DNA of 64,000 bases from positions 541 to 64,540 of the forward strand of contig CAWACA010000009.1 in the NCBI GenBank assembly GCA_963780385.1, written 5' to 3'. Shown one piece after another: positions 38,001-53,000 of this stretch. Position 1 is the first letter of the stretch. Each line of letters begins with the position of its first letter. Position numbers and translations under genes: made by a program. The notes beneath the pieces are model-generated. The model searched no databases. It was not told the origin of the DNA and saw nothing but the letters and a program-made list of their open reading frames with translations. This DNA comes from an uncultured Thermoleophilia bacterium. Lineage in GTDB: Bacteria; Actinomycetota; Thermoleophilia; Gaiellales; Gaiellaceae.

Positions 38001-41000
38001 CGGGCGGGAGCTCTGGCACCTGCCCGACGGGGAGATGGTGCGCGCGGCCGCCGCGTTCAAGACGGCGGTCTGCCTCGCCGACCCCCAGGAGGCAGGCCGG
38101 AGGGCGATCCTCAATCTGGGCCACACGTTCGCGCACGGGCTCGAGGCTGCAGCCGGGTACGAGGGCCTCAGCCACGGCGAAGCCGTCGCGCTGGGCCTCA
38201 GGGCGGCGCTCCGCCTGTCAGTTCGCCACCTCGGGCTCGCTCCGGCCGTCCTTGCCGAGGTCGAGGAGACGTTGCCGGCCGAGCCGGCCCCGGTCGACGT
38301 CGAAACCGCCTGGGCGGCGATGGCCCACGACAAGAAGACACGTGGAGGCCGCCTGCGTCTGGTGCTCTTGCGCGCGCCCGGCGAGCCGGTCTACAACGTC
38401 GAGCTCCCGGATGCGGAAATCCGCTCCGAGCTCGCCGAGCTGATCGAGCCGTAGACTCCGCCACGTGCGCATCGCCGTGATCAACGGGGCCAATCTCGAC
38501 GCTCTCGCCGACCGGGACCCGGAGCTCTACGGCGGCATCTCCTACGACGAGCTCGAGACCCGTATCTACGTCTGGGCCCGCGAGCTCGACGTCTCCGTGC
38601 GCTGCTTCCAGACGAACCACGAAGGCCAGTACATCGATTGGTGTCACGAGACTCGCAGCTGGGCGGACGGCATCGTCGTCAACCCGGGCGCCTGGACGCA
38701 CTACAGCTACGCGATTCGGGACGCCCTCGAGCTGTTCTCCGTTCCGGTCGTCGAGGTGCATCTGTCGAACATCGCCGAGCGCGAGGAATGGCGCCGCCGG
38801 TCCGTCGTCGAGGACGTGGTCGCGCACCGGGTCCTGGGCCACGGCCCGAACGGCTACAAGGAGGCGCTCTCCTGGCTGACGCGGCAAGCCTCATGAACGA
38901 TCGGCTCAGCCGACTGCGCTCTACGCTCCCCGATCTGGGGGCCTCGGCCATTCTCGTCGCGCAGCCGACGAACGTTCTCTACCTGACCGGCTTCTCGAGC
39001 TCGAACGCCGTGGTTCTGCTCGACGACACGGCTCGCCTGTTCACCGACGGGCGTTACATCGAGGCCGCGCGCGCGGTAGACGGGGTCGACGTCGTCCACG
39101 CCGAGCGCGACCTGTTCGGCGATCTCGCGAAGCGTCTGCCCGAGCTCGTCGAGGGCCCGATCGCGTTCGAGGCGGAACACCTCAGCGTTGCCCAGCACAC
39201 AAAGCTTGCCGGGGGAGGCGCGACGTTCGTGCCCGCGAAGCAGAGCGTCGAGCGCCTGCGGGCCGTGAAGGATCCCACCGAGCTCGAGGCCGTGCGCCGC
39301 TCGGCGCGCCTGCTGAATGAGGCGTTCGAGCTCCTGGGTCGCGAGCGGGTGAGCGGTCGGACCGAGGCCGCGCTCGCCTGGTGGATGGAGCGAACGATCC
39401 GCGAGCTCGGAGCCGAGGCGGTGTCGTTCTCGCCGATCGTGGCGAGCGGGCCGCACGCAGCGCTGCCGCACCATCATCCCGGCGACCGGGTCATCGAGGT
39501 GGGCGATGTTCTGCTGGTCGATGCGGGCGCCGTCGTAGACGGCTACTGCTCCGACTGCACGCGGACGTTCGCCGTCGGCGACGGTGGCACCCGCCCTCCG
39601 GCGCGCCTACGACGTTTGCCTCGAGGCGCAGCTGCGCTCGCTCGACGCGGTCGTCGCCGGCGCGGCGGCGCAGGCCGTGGACGCAGTCGCGCGCGGGATC
39701 ATCCGCGAGCACGGGTACGACGTGATGCACGGCCTGGGCCACGGCGTCGGCCTCGCGATCCACGAGGAGCCGCGACTCGCCGAGACGTCCGCCGATCAGC
39801 TCGCCGTGTCGAACGTCGTCACGGTCGAGCCCGGCGTGTATCTGGCAGGGCACGGCGGCGTGCGGATCGAGGACATGGTCGTGGTCGGCGAGAACGGCAA
39901 CGAGGTGCTGACGCCCGTCACGAAGGAGCTCGTCACTCTGTCGTGAGGCCGTGTTGGCTCGCGGCCCGCGAAGTGGCCGGGGGCTAGAATCGGGCCGTGG
40001 CCGAGACCATCAGCACGGCGCAGTTCAAGAACGGCATGCACATCGACTTCGACGGTCAGGTCTGGAAGATCGTCGAGTTTCAGCATGTGAAGCCCGGCAA
40101 GGGCGGCGCGTTCGTGCGAACGAAGCTCAAGAATGCCGGGACCGGCGCCGTCGTCGAGCGAACGTTCCGCGCCGGTGAGAAGATGCCGCGCGTCCATACC
40201 GAGACGAAGAGCGTCCAGTACCTGTACGACTCGGGCGACGAGGTCGTCTTCATGGACGAGGAGACGTACGAGCAGATCACGCTGCCGCGCTCCGAGGTCG
40301 AGGACGAGCTCACCTTCCTGCAACCGTCCGGCTCGCTCCTGCTCCTCACGCTCGACGGCAGGCCGTCGGGCATCGAGCTACCTGCCGCGGTCGAGCTCGC
40401 GGTCGTCGACACCGAGCCCGGCGTCAAGGGCGACACGGTGTCCAACGTCACGAAGCCGGCGACGCTCGAGACGGGCGCCGTCGTCCAGGTGCCGCTCTTC
40501 GTGAACGTCGGCGACCGCATCAGGATCGACACTCGGGAACGGCGCTACGTCTCGCGTGTCTGAAGCCTCGAGCGGCGATCCGACCGAGCCGGGCCCCGGG
40601 CGGTGTCGTCCGGCAGCCGAAGGCCCGGTCCGGCTCAGCCGCGGAGGGAAACCGCGCTCATGTCGACCGTAGAGACCGGACAGGCGCGGCCCGTGGCCGA
40701 GCTCTGGGACACGACCATTCGGCTTCTCTCGCAGGAGCCGCTCGCCCGGCACGTCGGTACGGCACGGCTCCTCGAGCTGGCGGGCGTGCTCGATCGCGCC
40801 GGGTTCGGCTGCCTCGAGATCTCCGGCGGCGGGTGCTTCGACTGGTGCGTGCGCAACGGCGTCGAAAGCCCCTGGGAGCGGATCCGGGCGATCGACAGCC
40901 GCTGCGCGACGCCGCTCGCGATGGCGCTGCGCGGCCGGTTCCTCGTCGGGCCCCGGCCGCTCGAGCGCGATCTCGTGCGCCGGTTCGTCTGGAGCGCGGC

Positions 41001-44000
41001 GGAGAGCGGCATCGACGTCTTCCGCATCCACGACCCGCTCAACGACGTGTCGACCCTTGTCGACGCCGCCGAAGCGGTCCGCGAAGCGGGCAAGGACCTC
41101 GTCGTCGGGCTGGTTCACAATCCGGGGCCGAACGACGAGGACGACGAGCTCGTCGACCGGGCCCGGAGCGTTGCAGAGCTCGGCGCGTCCCGCCTCGTCG
41201 TCGACGATCCGGCAGGTTCGCTCGACGTCGCGCGCGCCCGCTCGGTGGTCGTGCGAGTCCGCGAGGCCTCGGGACTGCCGGTGGGCCTCTACTGCCAGGG
41301 CGCCGCGGGCCGCGCCCTCGCGGCTGCGCTCGAGGTCGCACGGGGAGACGGAACGCCGATCGCCTGCACGATCTACCCCGTTGCCCTGACGCTCTACCGC
41401 CCGTCCGCGGAAGCGCTGACCCAGTCGCTGGCCGGGATCGGCATCGAAACCGGAGTCGATCTCGACGCTCTCTGGGAGGCCTGTGAGCTCGTCGACGAAG
41501 CGCTCGGGGACATGCCGATCGCACCGCTCTCGCCGCGCGACGCGGTTCGCGCGGCGGAGTACCGGCTGCCCGCCGGGCTTGTCGCCCAGCTCGACGATCG
41601 CCTCCGGAGCTTCGGTCAGCGAGAGCGGCTGGACGACGTGCTCGCCGAGCTCACGCGAGTCCGGACCGAGTGCGGCTGGCCGCCGCTCCACGAGCCCATC
41701 GGCACGCTGCTCGGCTCACAGGCGCTGCTCCACGTCCTCTCCGCGGAACGCTGGCAGTCCGTTGTGGACGAGGTGCGCCTGCTCGTCTCCGGGAAGTACG
41801 GCGAGCCGCCGCGCTCGATCGACCCGGTCGTGGCACGGGCCGTGGAGCTGCTCGGCGATCCGCAGGCGTCCGACCCGTCGCAGCTCGACGCCGTGCGGGA
41901 GGCGGCGCAGGGGTTGGCGACGAGCGAGGAGGAGCTGCTTCTGCTCGCCTTGTTCGGGAAGGACGCCGAGCCGCTGCTGCAGACGATCCGGGCGCGGGCC
42001 CGCGGCGACGAGCTGGCGAGGGAGGGAGTCGACGAGGGCCGCGCGGCGCGCATTCGCGAGGTGATCGACCTCGTGCAGGAGTCGGAGATCGGGGAGCTCA
42101 CGATCGAGGAGGGCGAGCTGCGGATCACGGTCCGGCGAACTGCGGAGCCGGTCGCCGGACCGGCGGATGTCCAGGAGCCTGCTCCGGCCGCCGCGCAGCC
42201 CGAGGAGCCGGCGCGTTCGGCGGCCGCGAGCGAAAACGGCCTCGTCCGGGTCGAGTCGCCCATGGTCGGTGTCTTCTACCGGGCCGCCGACCCCGTCGAC
42301 GAACCCATTCGTCGAGGTGGGGGACACGGTCGCAGCGGGACAGACTCTCTGCCTGCTCGAGGCGATGAAGCTCTTCAACGAGGTGAAGTCCGAGATCGAC
42401 GCCGTCGTGCGCTCGATCTGCGTCGAGAACGCCCAGCCGGTCGAGTACGGGCAGCTGCTCTTCGAGCTCGAGCCGATCGACGGGCGGCCGCTCGACGCGC
42501 TGTAGCCGTGGCCTTCGCCGATCCGACGTTGCCGCCGCGCCCCCGGGGCCTCCCACTCGCCTCCTCCCGGCTTCAGCGTAGCCGCGGCGCGCGCACGGGT
42601 GGCGCGCGAGATGTGCCAGGGTTGTCTCGAGACTGCGCCGGAACCGGCGCGGCGGGGGGCTGTGCGCTCGAGCACGCCCGACGTCCACTCCGCCGTCCGC
42701 CCCGGCACGGCCGATCGCCTCGAGACGGCCGACCGTCCCTCCATGGCCCGTCCCGTCCTGTCAGCTTGCTCACGGCCGTCGCGCACCAGCCCCGCAGCGC
42801 GTCGCCCGACGACCGATGAGCGGCCGCCGGGCGGCGCGGCGCCAGGCCCTCTTCTTGCTCTACCAGTGGGACATCACCGGTCAGCCGCTGACCTCGCTCT
42901 TCGAGGGCGAGATCGACCCCTTCGCACTCACGCTCGCCGAGGAGGTTGTCGATCAGTCGGCCGACCTGGATGAGCGGATCACCGCCGCGGCGCGGGACTG
43001 GACGGCGGACCGGCTCGGAGCGGTGGAGCGCAATGTTCTGCGTATGGCCATCCGCGAGCTCGACCGCGGCGAGCTGCCCCTCGAGGTCGTCATCGACGAG
43101 GCCGTCCGGCTGGCGAAGCGCTACGCGTCGGCGGAGGGGGCCGCGCTCGTGAACGGCATCCTCGGCAGGATCGTGCGCGAGGCTGCGTGACCGCCCGACG
43201 ACCCCGACCGGCCCGTTCGCACCACCGACGCGCAACCCCTTCGCGCCCGCGGGCTGCGGTAGGGTAGGCCGGTGAGCGAGCCCGAGACTGCTGCGCAGCT
43301 GCGCAGCCTCCTCGAGCGCCTCGACGAGGCACGCCGGCGGCTCGAGCAGGCGGAGAGCTCCGAGGCGGCTGTCGACATCCTCCAGGACCTGGCGGAGATC
43401 GCGAAAGAAACGCAGGTGACGATCGACCGCGCCCGCCGCGAAGGCCCACGCCCCACCGGGAGCGATGCATCGGCCTGACGAGCTGCGCGAGCTCGCCGAG
43501 GGCTTTCTCGCCGGCCTGCCGTTCTCGGCGGATCTCGGGCGGCTCGAGGAGGCACTCCGCTACTCCCTCCTCGGCGGAGGCAAGCGGATCCGTCCGGTGC
43601 TCTGCCTCGCGACCGGCGAGGCGCTCGGACGCCCGCCGGAAGAGCTGCTGCCGGCCGCGTGCGCCCTCGAGCTGGTTCACACCTTCAGCCTGGTTCACGA
43701 CGATCTGCCGGCGCTCGACGACGACGACCTGCGGCGCGGCCAGCCGAGCGCGCACGTGAAGTTCGGAGAGGCCGTCGCGATCCTCTCCGGCGACGCGCTT
43801 CTCACCGAGGCGTTCAGCCTCATCCTGCGCTATCCCACGACGGAGCCCGCCCGCGAGCTCGCCTTCGCGACCCTCGGCATGATCGGCGGCCAGTACGTGG
43901 ACATCACGACCGACGGCGAGCTCGACGGCCCCGGGCTCGCGGCGCTGCACCGGCTGAAGACGGGAAAGCTGCTCGGCGCGACGGTGGGCTGTGCGCTCGC

Positions 44001-47000
44001 GGTCGCGGCGGTACCCGAGCCCGAGCAGCGCCCCTGGCGGGAGTTCTCGGCCGAGGTGGGCCTGCTCTTCCAGATCGTCGACGACATCCTCGACGCGACC
44101 GGCACGGCGGAGGAGCTCGGCAAGACGCCCGGGAAGGATGCGGCGGCAGGGAAGGTCACCTACGTCTCGCTGTACGGCCTGGAGCACGCCCGCACGCTTG
44201 CCGACGAAGCGCGCGCTCGGGTCCAGGGCGCTCTGGACACGATCGACGCCGACACGTCCGTTCTCTCCGATCTCGTCGCGACGATCCGCGAGCGCCGCGC
44301 CTGACGCGGCTCCGCCGAGCCGGTCAGCGTGGGCGAATCGTTCCACTTCCGACGCGAAGCGGCAGCCGTGGGGCCGCTCGACGCCCGGATCGACGGCTAC
44401 GATTTGCTGCGGTGAAGAAGCGGCTGGACGTGCTGCTCGTGGAGCGCGGCCTGGCCGAGTCGCGCTCGCAGGCGCAGGCGCTCGTCCTGGCCGGCCGGGT
44501 GAGAGGCTTCTCGAAGGCGGGCGCTCAGGTCGACGATGCCGCCGAGCTCGAGCTCGTCGAGCGCCCGCGTTTCGTCTCGCGCGGCGGCGAAAAGCTCGAG
44601 CATGCGCTCGAGGTCCTCGCCGCGGACGTCACGGACGAGGCCTGCCTCGACGTCGGAGCATCGACCGGCGGCTTCACCGACTGTCTCCTGCAACACGGCG
44701 CGGCACGCGTGTGCGCGCTCGACGTCGGGCGGGCCCAGCTGCACGAGCGGCTGCGCGCCGACCCGCGCGTGACGGTGATCGAGGGCGTGAACGCGAGACG
44801 GCTTTCCTGCGAGCAGCTGCCGTTCCGGCCGGGTTTCGTGACGTGCGACGTGTCCTTCATCAGCGTCCGTGCGGCGCTGCCCCCGGCGCTCGCCTGCGCG
44901 GGTGCCGGCGGAAGCCCCTGGCGGGCGCTGGTGCTCGTCAAGCCGCAGTTCGAGGCCGGCCGCGCCGAGGCTGGCCGCGGCGTCGTGCGCGACCCCGAGG
45001 TCCACCGCCGGGTGCTTCGCGACCTCGCCGGTGAGGCCCAGGGATGGGGCCCCGACGGCTGCCGTGTCGTCGGTTCGTGCGATTCCGGCCTGCCCGGCCC
45101 GAAGGGGAACCGCGAGTTCTTCCTCCTCCTCGCCGCCGGACTGCCCCCGTCCTCGACCGACGAGCTCGAGACGATCGTCGGCGCCGCGGTGGGCGCGTGA
45201 TGGCGGCTCCGACGGCGAGCGCCGTTCGCAAGGCGATCGTCGTCCCGCACGGCCGGCCGGAGCTGATCGGGGACGCGGCAGCGCGAGTCGAGGCGGCGGC
45301 CGAGGGCTGCGGCGTCGAGCTGCTGACGGAGGACGCCCCGGACGTGGATCTCGTCGTCGCTCTCGGCGGCGACGGCACGATGCTGCGGGCCCTCCACCGC
45401 TTCCTCGGCACGGGCGTGCCGGTGATCGGGGTCAACTTCGGCCGGATCGGCTTCTTGACGAGCATTCAGGCCTCGGCCCTCGAAGACGGCCTCGCGCGGG
45501 CATTCGCCGGTGACTACAAGGTCGTCGAGCTGGCGACGATCGCGGCCAACGTGCGCGGCGTCGAGCACGAGGCCGTCAACGACGTTGTCGCGACCAGCTC
45601 CGTGCCGGGACGGATGATCGAGCTCCGCTCGTCGGTGGGCGGGGAGCAGCTGGGCGACACGGCCTGCGACGGGATGATCTGCAGCACGCCGTCCGGCTCG
45701 ACCGCCTACAACCTCAGCAACGGCGGCCCCGTGATCATGCGCGGGCTCGACGCAATGGCTCTCACGTTCGTGGCTCCGCACTCGCTGCACGCCAGGCCGG
45801 TCGTGGTACCGCCCGGCCTCGGGCTCGAAGTGACGAACCAGACGCCCGAGGTACCCGTGACCGTGCTCGTCGACGGCCAGCGGGTCGGCGAGCTGGAGCC
45901 GGGAGAGGCGCTCTCCGTCGACGTTGGCGCGGCCAAGGCTCTGCTCGCACTCCTGCCCGAGGTGACGTTCTTCTCCCGCTACCGAGAGGTATTCCTCGAG
46001 CAGCGCTGACCGACGATGCTGCGACGCCTCTTCATCGAGAATCTGGTGCTGATCCGCCGGGCGGACCTTGCGCTCGGCCCCGGCCTCACCGCGATCACCG
46101 GGGAGACCGGCGCCGGCAAGACGATCCTCGCCCAGTCGATCGGCCTCCTGTTGGGCGCGAAGGGGGAGGCGGCCCTCGTGGGCCCGACGGGCGAGGAGGC
46201 CTACGTGGAGGCCGAGCTCGATCTGCCCGAGGGCGCCCTCGACGAGGAGGAGTTTGCCACGCTCGCCGAGCTGCGCCCGGCGGACGAGCCGGGCCTCGTC
46301 GCGGCCAGGCGCGTCTTCGGCGACGGTCGCAGCCGCGCGTACGCCTGGGGCCGCGCGGTGCCGCGCGAGGAGCTCGCCGCGCTGGTCGAGCGTCTGATCG
46401 CGATGTCGGGTCAGTTCGAGCAGCGCAGGCTCGCACAGCCCGCCCACCAGCTCGAGCTCCTCGATGCGTTCGCCGGCGAGGAGCAGTTGCGGCGCCGGAG
46501 CGAGCTCGCCGCCGCCTGGCGGTCCCTCCGGGAAGCGCGTGGGCGCCGTGACGAGCTCGCGCAGGAGCTCGGTGACCGGGAGGCCTACGCAGCCGAGCTC
46601 GAGGCCCTCGCGAACGCCGGAAAAGGCCTCACGCCTGACGCCGAGGAGTCGCTTCGGGGCGAACGCGACCGGCTGCGCAACGCCGCGGGCCTGGCCGAGG
46701 CGGCAAATGCCGCCTCGCAGGCGCTGGCGCCCGAGGACGGCGACGGCGCCGCCGACCTCGCCGCGCAGGCGGAGCAGGCGCTCCGGCCCGCTGCGGCCCT
46801 GGACGAGGAGCTCGCCGCGGCGGCGGCCGAGCTTGCCGACACCTCGGCGCGGCTGCGGGAGACGGCGTCAACGCTCCGCGCGTTCCTGGCCTCGCTCGAG
46901 GCCGAGCCGGGCCGGCTCGACCGGGTCGAGGAGGAGCTCGGCCGGCTGGGGGAGGCGAAGCGTCGCTTCGGCGCCGCAACGCTCGCCGAGCTCATCGAGC

Positions 47001-50000
47001 GAAGCCGCCAGGCGCAGGCAGAGCTCGAGGCGCTCGAGGACGGCGGCGACCCGCTGGCCGCGGCGGAAGCGGCCCTCCGGGCCGCCCAGCAGCGCTACGA
47101 CACGTTGTCGGACGAAGCGCGAGAGGCGCGCGCCGCGGCCGCGGAGGCTTTCGCGGCGGCGGCGCGGACCGAGCTCGCGAGCCTCGGGCTCGGCGACGGC
47201 GACCTGGCCGTCGAGCTGTCGTCCAGAGCGGAGGGCCCGACCGGACGCGACGAGGCAGCCCTGCTCGTGCGGCCGAACGCGGGGCTTCCCTTCGCGCCGG
47301 TCGCGTCGACGGCGTCGGGCGGCGAGCTGTCCCGCATCGCGCTCGCGCTTCGAGCCGTGTCCCATGCGAAGGCCGGAGAGGCGACGATCGTCTTCGACGA
47401 GATCGACGCCGGCATCGGCGGGCAGACCGCCCACGCGGTCGCAGATTCGCTGCGGCGCCTCGGCGAGCTCTCCCAGGTGCTCACGATCACCCACCTGCCG
47501 CAGATCGCGAGCGCCGCCGCCCGCCATTTCCGCGTCGAGAAGGTGCCGGGCGACCCGACCCACACGCGCATCGAGCTGCTCGGCGAGGATGAGCGGCGCG
47601 ACGAGATCGAGCGTATGCTCGGAGGCGCCGAGTTCCTTTCCGCAGTCCGATGAGCACGACGCTCGAGTTCACGGGGTCCCGCCCGTCTAGACAGGCGCAC
47701 GAAGCGGCTGGTGACGCGGCTCGGCCCGGATGACATCGCGATCATCGACCACGCCGAGCTCGACCGGGTCTCCGCGGAGGAGCTCGTCGAGTCCGGGGTG
47801 CGGGTCGTCGTCAACGTCGCGCCGTCCGTTTCGGGCCGCTTCCCGAACCCGGGGCCGCTCGAGCTCGTCAGGAGCGGAGTGACGCTCATCGACGCCCCCG
47901 GCGCGCCGCTGTTCGAGCAGATCCGCGACGGCGACGTGATCTCCGTGCGCGGAGCGATCGTCTTTCGGAATGCCACCCGTCTGGCGGTCGGGCGCCGGCT
48001 GACGGAGGAGGAGCTCGAAGGCGAGCTGCACGAGCAGCAGGGCCGCGTGACGGAGGCTCTGGGGGCGTTCGTGGACAACACGATGCGCTACCTGCGGGAG
48101 GAAGGGCGGCTGCTCACCGAGGGGATCGCGCTCCCGCAGCTGCGCACGCGCTTCCGGGACCGGCATGCGCTCGTCGTTGCGCGCGGGCCGGGCTACAAGC
48201 GAGACCTGCGGATCGTGCGCCACTACATCCGCGAGTTCAAGCCCGTGCTCGTCGCCGTCGACGGAGGCGCCGACGCGTTGCTCGACGCCGGCTACCGGCC
48301 CGCACATCATCGTCGGGGACATGGATTCGGTCTCCGACCGCGCGCTCGCAAGCGGCGCCGAGCTCGTCGTCCACGCCTACGAGGACGGGCAGGCGCCGGG
48401 CCGGGCGCGGCTCGACCGTCTCGGGCTCGCCCACGTCGCCGTGCCGATGTCCGGCATCAGCGAGGACCTGGCAATGCTGCTCGCGCACGAGAAGGGCGCC
48501 GAGCTGATCGTGGCGGTCGGAACGCATTTCAATCTCGTGGAGTTCCTCGAGCGCAACCGAGCGGGAATGTCGTCGACGTTCCTGACCAGGCTCAAGGTGG
48601 GGGAGATCCTGATCGACGCGCGCGGCGTCTCGCGTCTCTTCCGCCAGCGCGCCGGGTTGTGGCCGCTGGTCGCGTTCGGGCTCGCCGCCTGCGCCGCGGT
48701 CGCCGCTGCGGTGGTCGGGTCACCCGAGCTGCGCGACTTCTTCGCCGCGCTCGTCGACCGCGTGCGGTCGATCCTCGGGATCGGCTGAGGCGGCCGTCCG
48801 AGGGCCTCCTGGCCCTCTGCGCCGGAGGCGGAGTCTAACCTGTGACAAGCCGATGTTCGACCTCCGCTACCACGTCGCGTCGCTCGCAGCCGTCTTCATC
48901 GCCCTCGCGGTCGGGATCGTCATCGGGGTGGCCATCGCCGGCGGCGGCAACCTCGAGGAGACGACGCAGGGCCTACGGCAGGCGGACTTCGACGACCTCG
49001 AGCAGCGGCTCGAGGACGCACAGGCGCGCGTCGGCGAGCGCGGAGGACGAGAAGCAGGCGCTCGAAGGCGTCGTGACGAGGGTCTATCCGGCGCTCATGC
49101 AGGGACGGCTGGCCGGCAGGAGCGTCGCCCTCGTCTTCCTCGGGCCGGTCGACGGCGCGGTTCGCTCCGCCGTGGAGAAGGCGCTTTCCGACGCCGACGC
49201 CGAGACAGGGAATCCGGTACGCGTGACCGTTCTCCGCTTCCCGATCGACGTCGACGGGATCAACGGCCTGCTCGAGGACGTGCCCGCCTTCGCGGACTAC
49301 GTCGGCGACGCGCAGCTCGGCGACCTCGGCGCGGCCCTCGGCAACGAGATGGCCCGCGGGGGGTCGACCCCGCTGCTCGACCTGCTCGACACCCAGCTCA
49401 TGGAACAGCGCACCGGCTCGCTCGTCGAGCCGGTCGACGGAGTCGTCGTGGCGCGCACCTGGATGCCCGAGCCCTCGTCGGACCCGGCCGAGGAAGGCCG
49501 CCGCTCCCAGAGCGAGGCGCTCATCACCGGGTTCCTGACCGGGCTCGGCGAGACGGGCTTGCCGATCGTCGGGGTGGAGACCTCGGGCGCCAAGGTCACG
49601 ACGATCGAGGACTACCGCCGGATCGGCGGCATCGCGAGCGTGGACGACGTGGACTTCCTTCCGGGACAGCTGGCGATGGCGCTCCTGCTCTCCACCGGCG
49701 ACTCGGGGCACTACGGCACGAAAGAGACGGCGGACGCGGTCGTGCCGCCGATCGACCCGCTGCTCTCCACTCCGACTGGTTGGGTAAGCACCCGGCTCTC
49801 TCGATCCTGATCGCGGCGCGTGACGAGGCCGATCGAATCGGCGGCCTCGTCGGGCGGCTCCGAGCGGCGTTGCCGGAGGCGGCGGTCATCGTCGCCGACG
49901 ACGGCTCTCGCGACGGCACCGCGGAGCTGGCGCGCGGCGCAGGGGCGGTTGTCGTCGCCGGGCCGCGGCTCGGGAAGGGCGAGGCGCTCACCGCCGCGGA

Positions 50001-53000
50001 GCGGGCCGCTCCGCCCGGCCCGCTGCTCCTTTGCGACGCCGACCTCGAGGGAGACCCCGCGCCGCTGCTCGACGCCGGGTACGACGTCGCGGTGGCCGCA
50101 TTCTCCGAGCGGGTCGGCGGCGGGTTCGGGATCACCAAGGGCGTCGCCGCGCTCGCTGATCGCGGCCCGTTGCGGGCTTCGCCTGCGGGAGCCGCTGTCC
50201 GGGCAGCGCTACCTGAGCGAGCGGGCGCGCGCCGCGTGCTTTCCGCTCGCACGCGGCTTCGGCTGCGAGCTGCGCATGACGATCGACGCGGCCCGGGCCG
50301 GCCTGCGGGTCGGCGAGGTGGAGCTGCCGCTTCGCCATCGCGCGACGGGCCGCGATCCTGCCGGGTTCGCACACCGGGGCCGTCAGCTCGTCGACGCCGT
50401 GCTCGCCGGCGGGCCCGCTGGCGCTGAACCACCGCGGCAACCGGCTCCCGATCGTCGGATGGACGGTCGCGGCGGCCTGCCTGCGCGCACCCCGGGCGAC
50501 GGCGCTCTGCATCGGCGCCGTCACGGCCGCCGGCCTGGCCGACGACCTGTTCGCCGGCCCGGAGCGCGGCTGGCGGAGCCACCTGCGCGCCGGGCGGACA
50601 ACCGGCGTCCTGAAGCTCGTCGCGGTCCCGCTCGCCGGCGCGCTGGCGACGCGCTCGCTGTCCGGCGGGCTCGCGGTGGGCCTGGCCGCGAACGCCGTCA
50701 ACCAGCTCGACACGAAGCCGGGCCGCGCGTTGAAGGCGTTTCTGCTCGCCCAGCTCGTGCTCGGCAGCCGGGCGGCGGGGCGCGCCACCCCCGTCGCCGT
50801 CCTGCTGCTTCCCTACGATCTCCGCGAGCGAGGGATGCTGGGTGACGCTGGATCGAATGCGCTCGGGGCCGTGGTAGGCTTGAACCTCGTGGTGCGAGGC
50901 GCCGACTGGAGGCGTTGGACGGCCGTGGGAATCCTGGCCGCGTTCAACGCCCTCGGCGACCGCGTCTCGCTCGGCTCGCTGATCGAGCGCACGCCCGTCC
51001 TTTCCGCGATCGACCGCATCGGCAGGGTCGGCGCGTGAGCGAGCGGCGGACCCGGTACGTGTTCGTCACCGGGGGCGTCGCCTCGTCGCTCGGCAAGGGC
51101 ATCACGGCGGCCTCCCTGGGCGCGCTGCTCAAGGCGCGGGGGCTCAAGGTGCAGGTCCAGAAGTTCGACCCGTACATCAACGTCGATCCGGGCACGATGA
51201 GCCCGTACCAGCACGGCGAGGTCTTCGTCACGGAGGACGGAGCGGAGACCGATCTCGACATCGGCCATTACGAGCGGTTCGTCGACGAGAACCTCTCCCG
51301 CAACGCGAACCACACCTCGGGCTCGATCTGGTACGCCGTCATCCGCAAGGAACGCAAGGGCGAGTACCTGGGCTCGACGGTCCAGGTGATCCCGCACATC
51401 ACGAACGAGATCAAGGACCGGATCCGGCGCGCCGCCCAGGCGTCGGACGCAGACGTCGTGATCTGCGAGATCGGCGGCACCGTCGGCGACATCGAGTCAC
51501 TGCCGTTCCTCGAGGCGATCCGGCAGTTCCGCCGCGAGGAGGGCCTCGACAACGTGATGTACGTCCACGTCACTCTCGTGCCGTTCCTCGAGGCGGCCGG
51601 CGAGCTGAAGACGAAGCCGACGCAGCACTCGGTCAACGAGCTGCGCCGCATCGGTATCCACCCCGACATCGTGGTATGCCGTTGCCAGGACGGGCTGTCG
51701 TACGACATTCGCGAGAAGATCGCGCTGTTCGCCGACATCGACACCAAAGGCGGTGATCTCGAACGCGGACATCGAGGACGTCTACCTCGTGCCCGCCGCG
51801 TCTGCACGAGGAGGGGTTCGACGAGCTCGTCTGCGAGAAGCTCGCGCTCGGCTGCGAGCCGGCCGACCTCCGGGAGTGGGACGCGCTGGCCGGCCGGATC
51901 CGCGCGCGCCGGGGGGACGTCGAGATCGCGCTCGTCGGCAAGTACGTGAAGGTGAAGGACGCGTACCTCTCCGTCGCGGAGGCGCTGAAGCACGCCGGCA
52001 TCCACCACAGCACCGGAGTGAGCCTGCGCTGGGTCGACGCGGAGGGCGCTGGAGTGGACGAGGTGACGCGCGACCTCGCCCGCGCGGACGGGATTCTCGT
52101 TCCCGGCGGCTTCGGAGGGCGGGGAATCGAAGGCAAGGTGCTCGCGGCAAAGGTCGCACGCGAGCACGGCATCCCGTATCTCGGCATCTGCCTCGGGATG
52201 CAGATCGCCGTCGTCGAGTTCGCCCGCCACCTGTGCGGGATGGAGGGTGCGAACTCGAGCGAGTTCGACCCCGAGACGCCCTATCCGGTCATCGACCTGC
52301 TGCCGGAGCAGAAGGAGGTCGAGGACCTGGGCGCGACGATGCGCCTCGGAGCGCAGCCCGTCGACCTGCTCGAGGGCACGAAGGCGTTCGCGGCGTACGC
52401 CGAGACCCCGATCTACGAGCGCCACAGGCACCGGTACGAGGTCAACAACCACTTCCGTCCACGGCTCGCCGAGGCCGGGCTCGTCATCTCGGGGACCTTC
52501 CAGGAAGGACGACTGGTCGAGGTGATCGAGCTTCCCGATCATCCCTGGTTCGTCGCCAGCCAGTTCCATCCGGAGTTCAAGTCCCGGCCGAACCGTCCGG
52601 CTCCGCTCTTCCGGGACTTCATCGGCGCCGCACACGCCCGGGCGCAGGCCCGGCGGTCCGCGGCGGCGGCCACACCGGCCTGACGCCGGCGGCTGCGGCT
52701 GCGACGCCGTCGTCCGGTGCGCTCGCCGTAGAATCCGCGGGCGGTGACCTCGCTGTTCGAGTCCGACGCCCTGTCGCTCTTCACGGAGCTGGCGGCCATT
52801 CCGAGCCCGTCCGGAACGGAGCGGGCCGTCGCCGACCGGGTCTACGAGGAGCTGCGCGCCCTCGGCCTCGAGCCCGAGGTCGACGACAGCGGCGCGTCGG
52901 TCGGCTCGGACTGCGGGAACCTCTACGCCCGTATCGAGCCGACGAAGGCGGGAACGCCGATCTTCTTCTGCGCGCACTTCGACACCGTGGTCCCGACCGG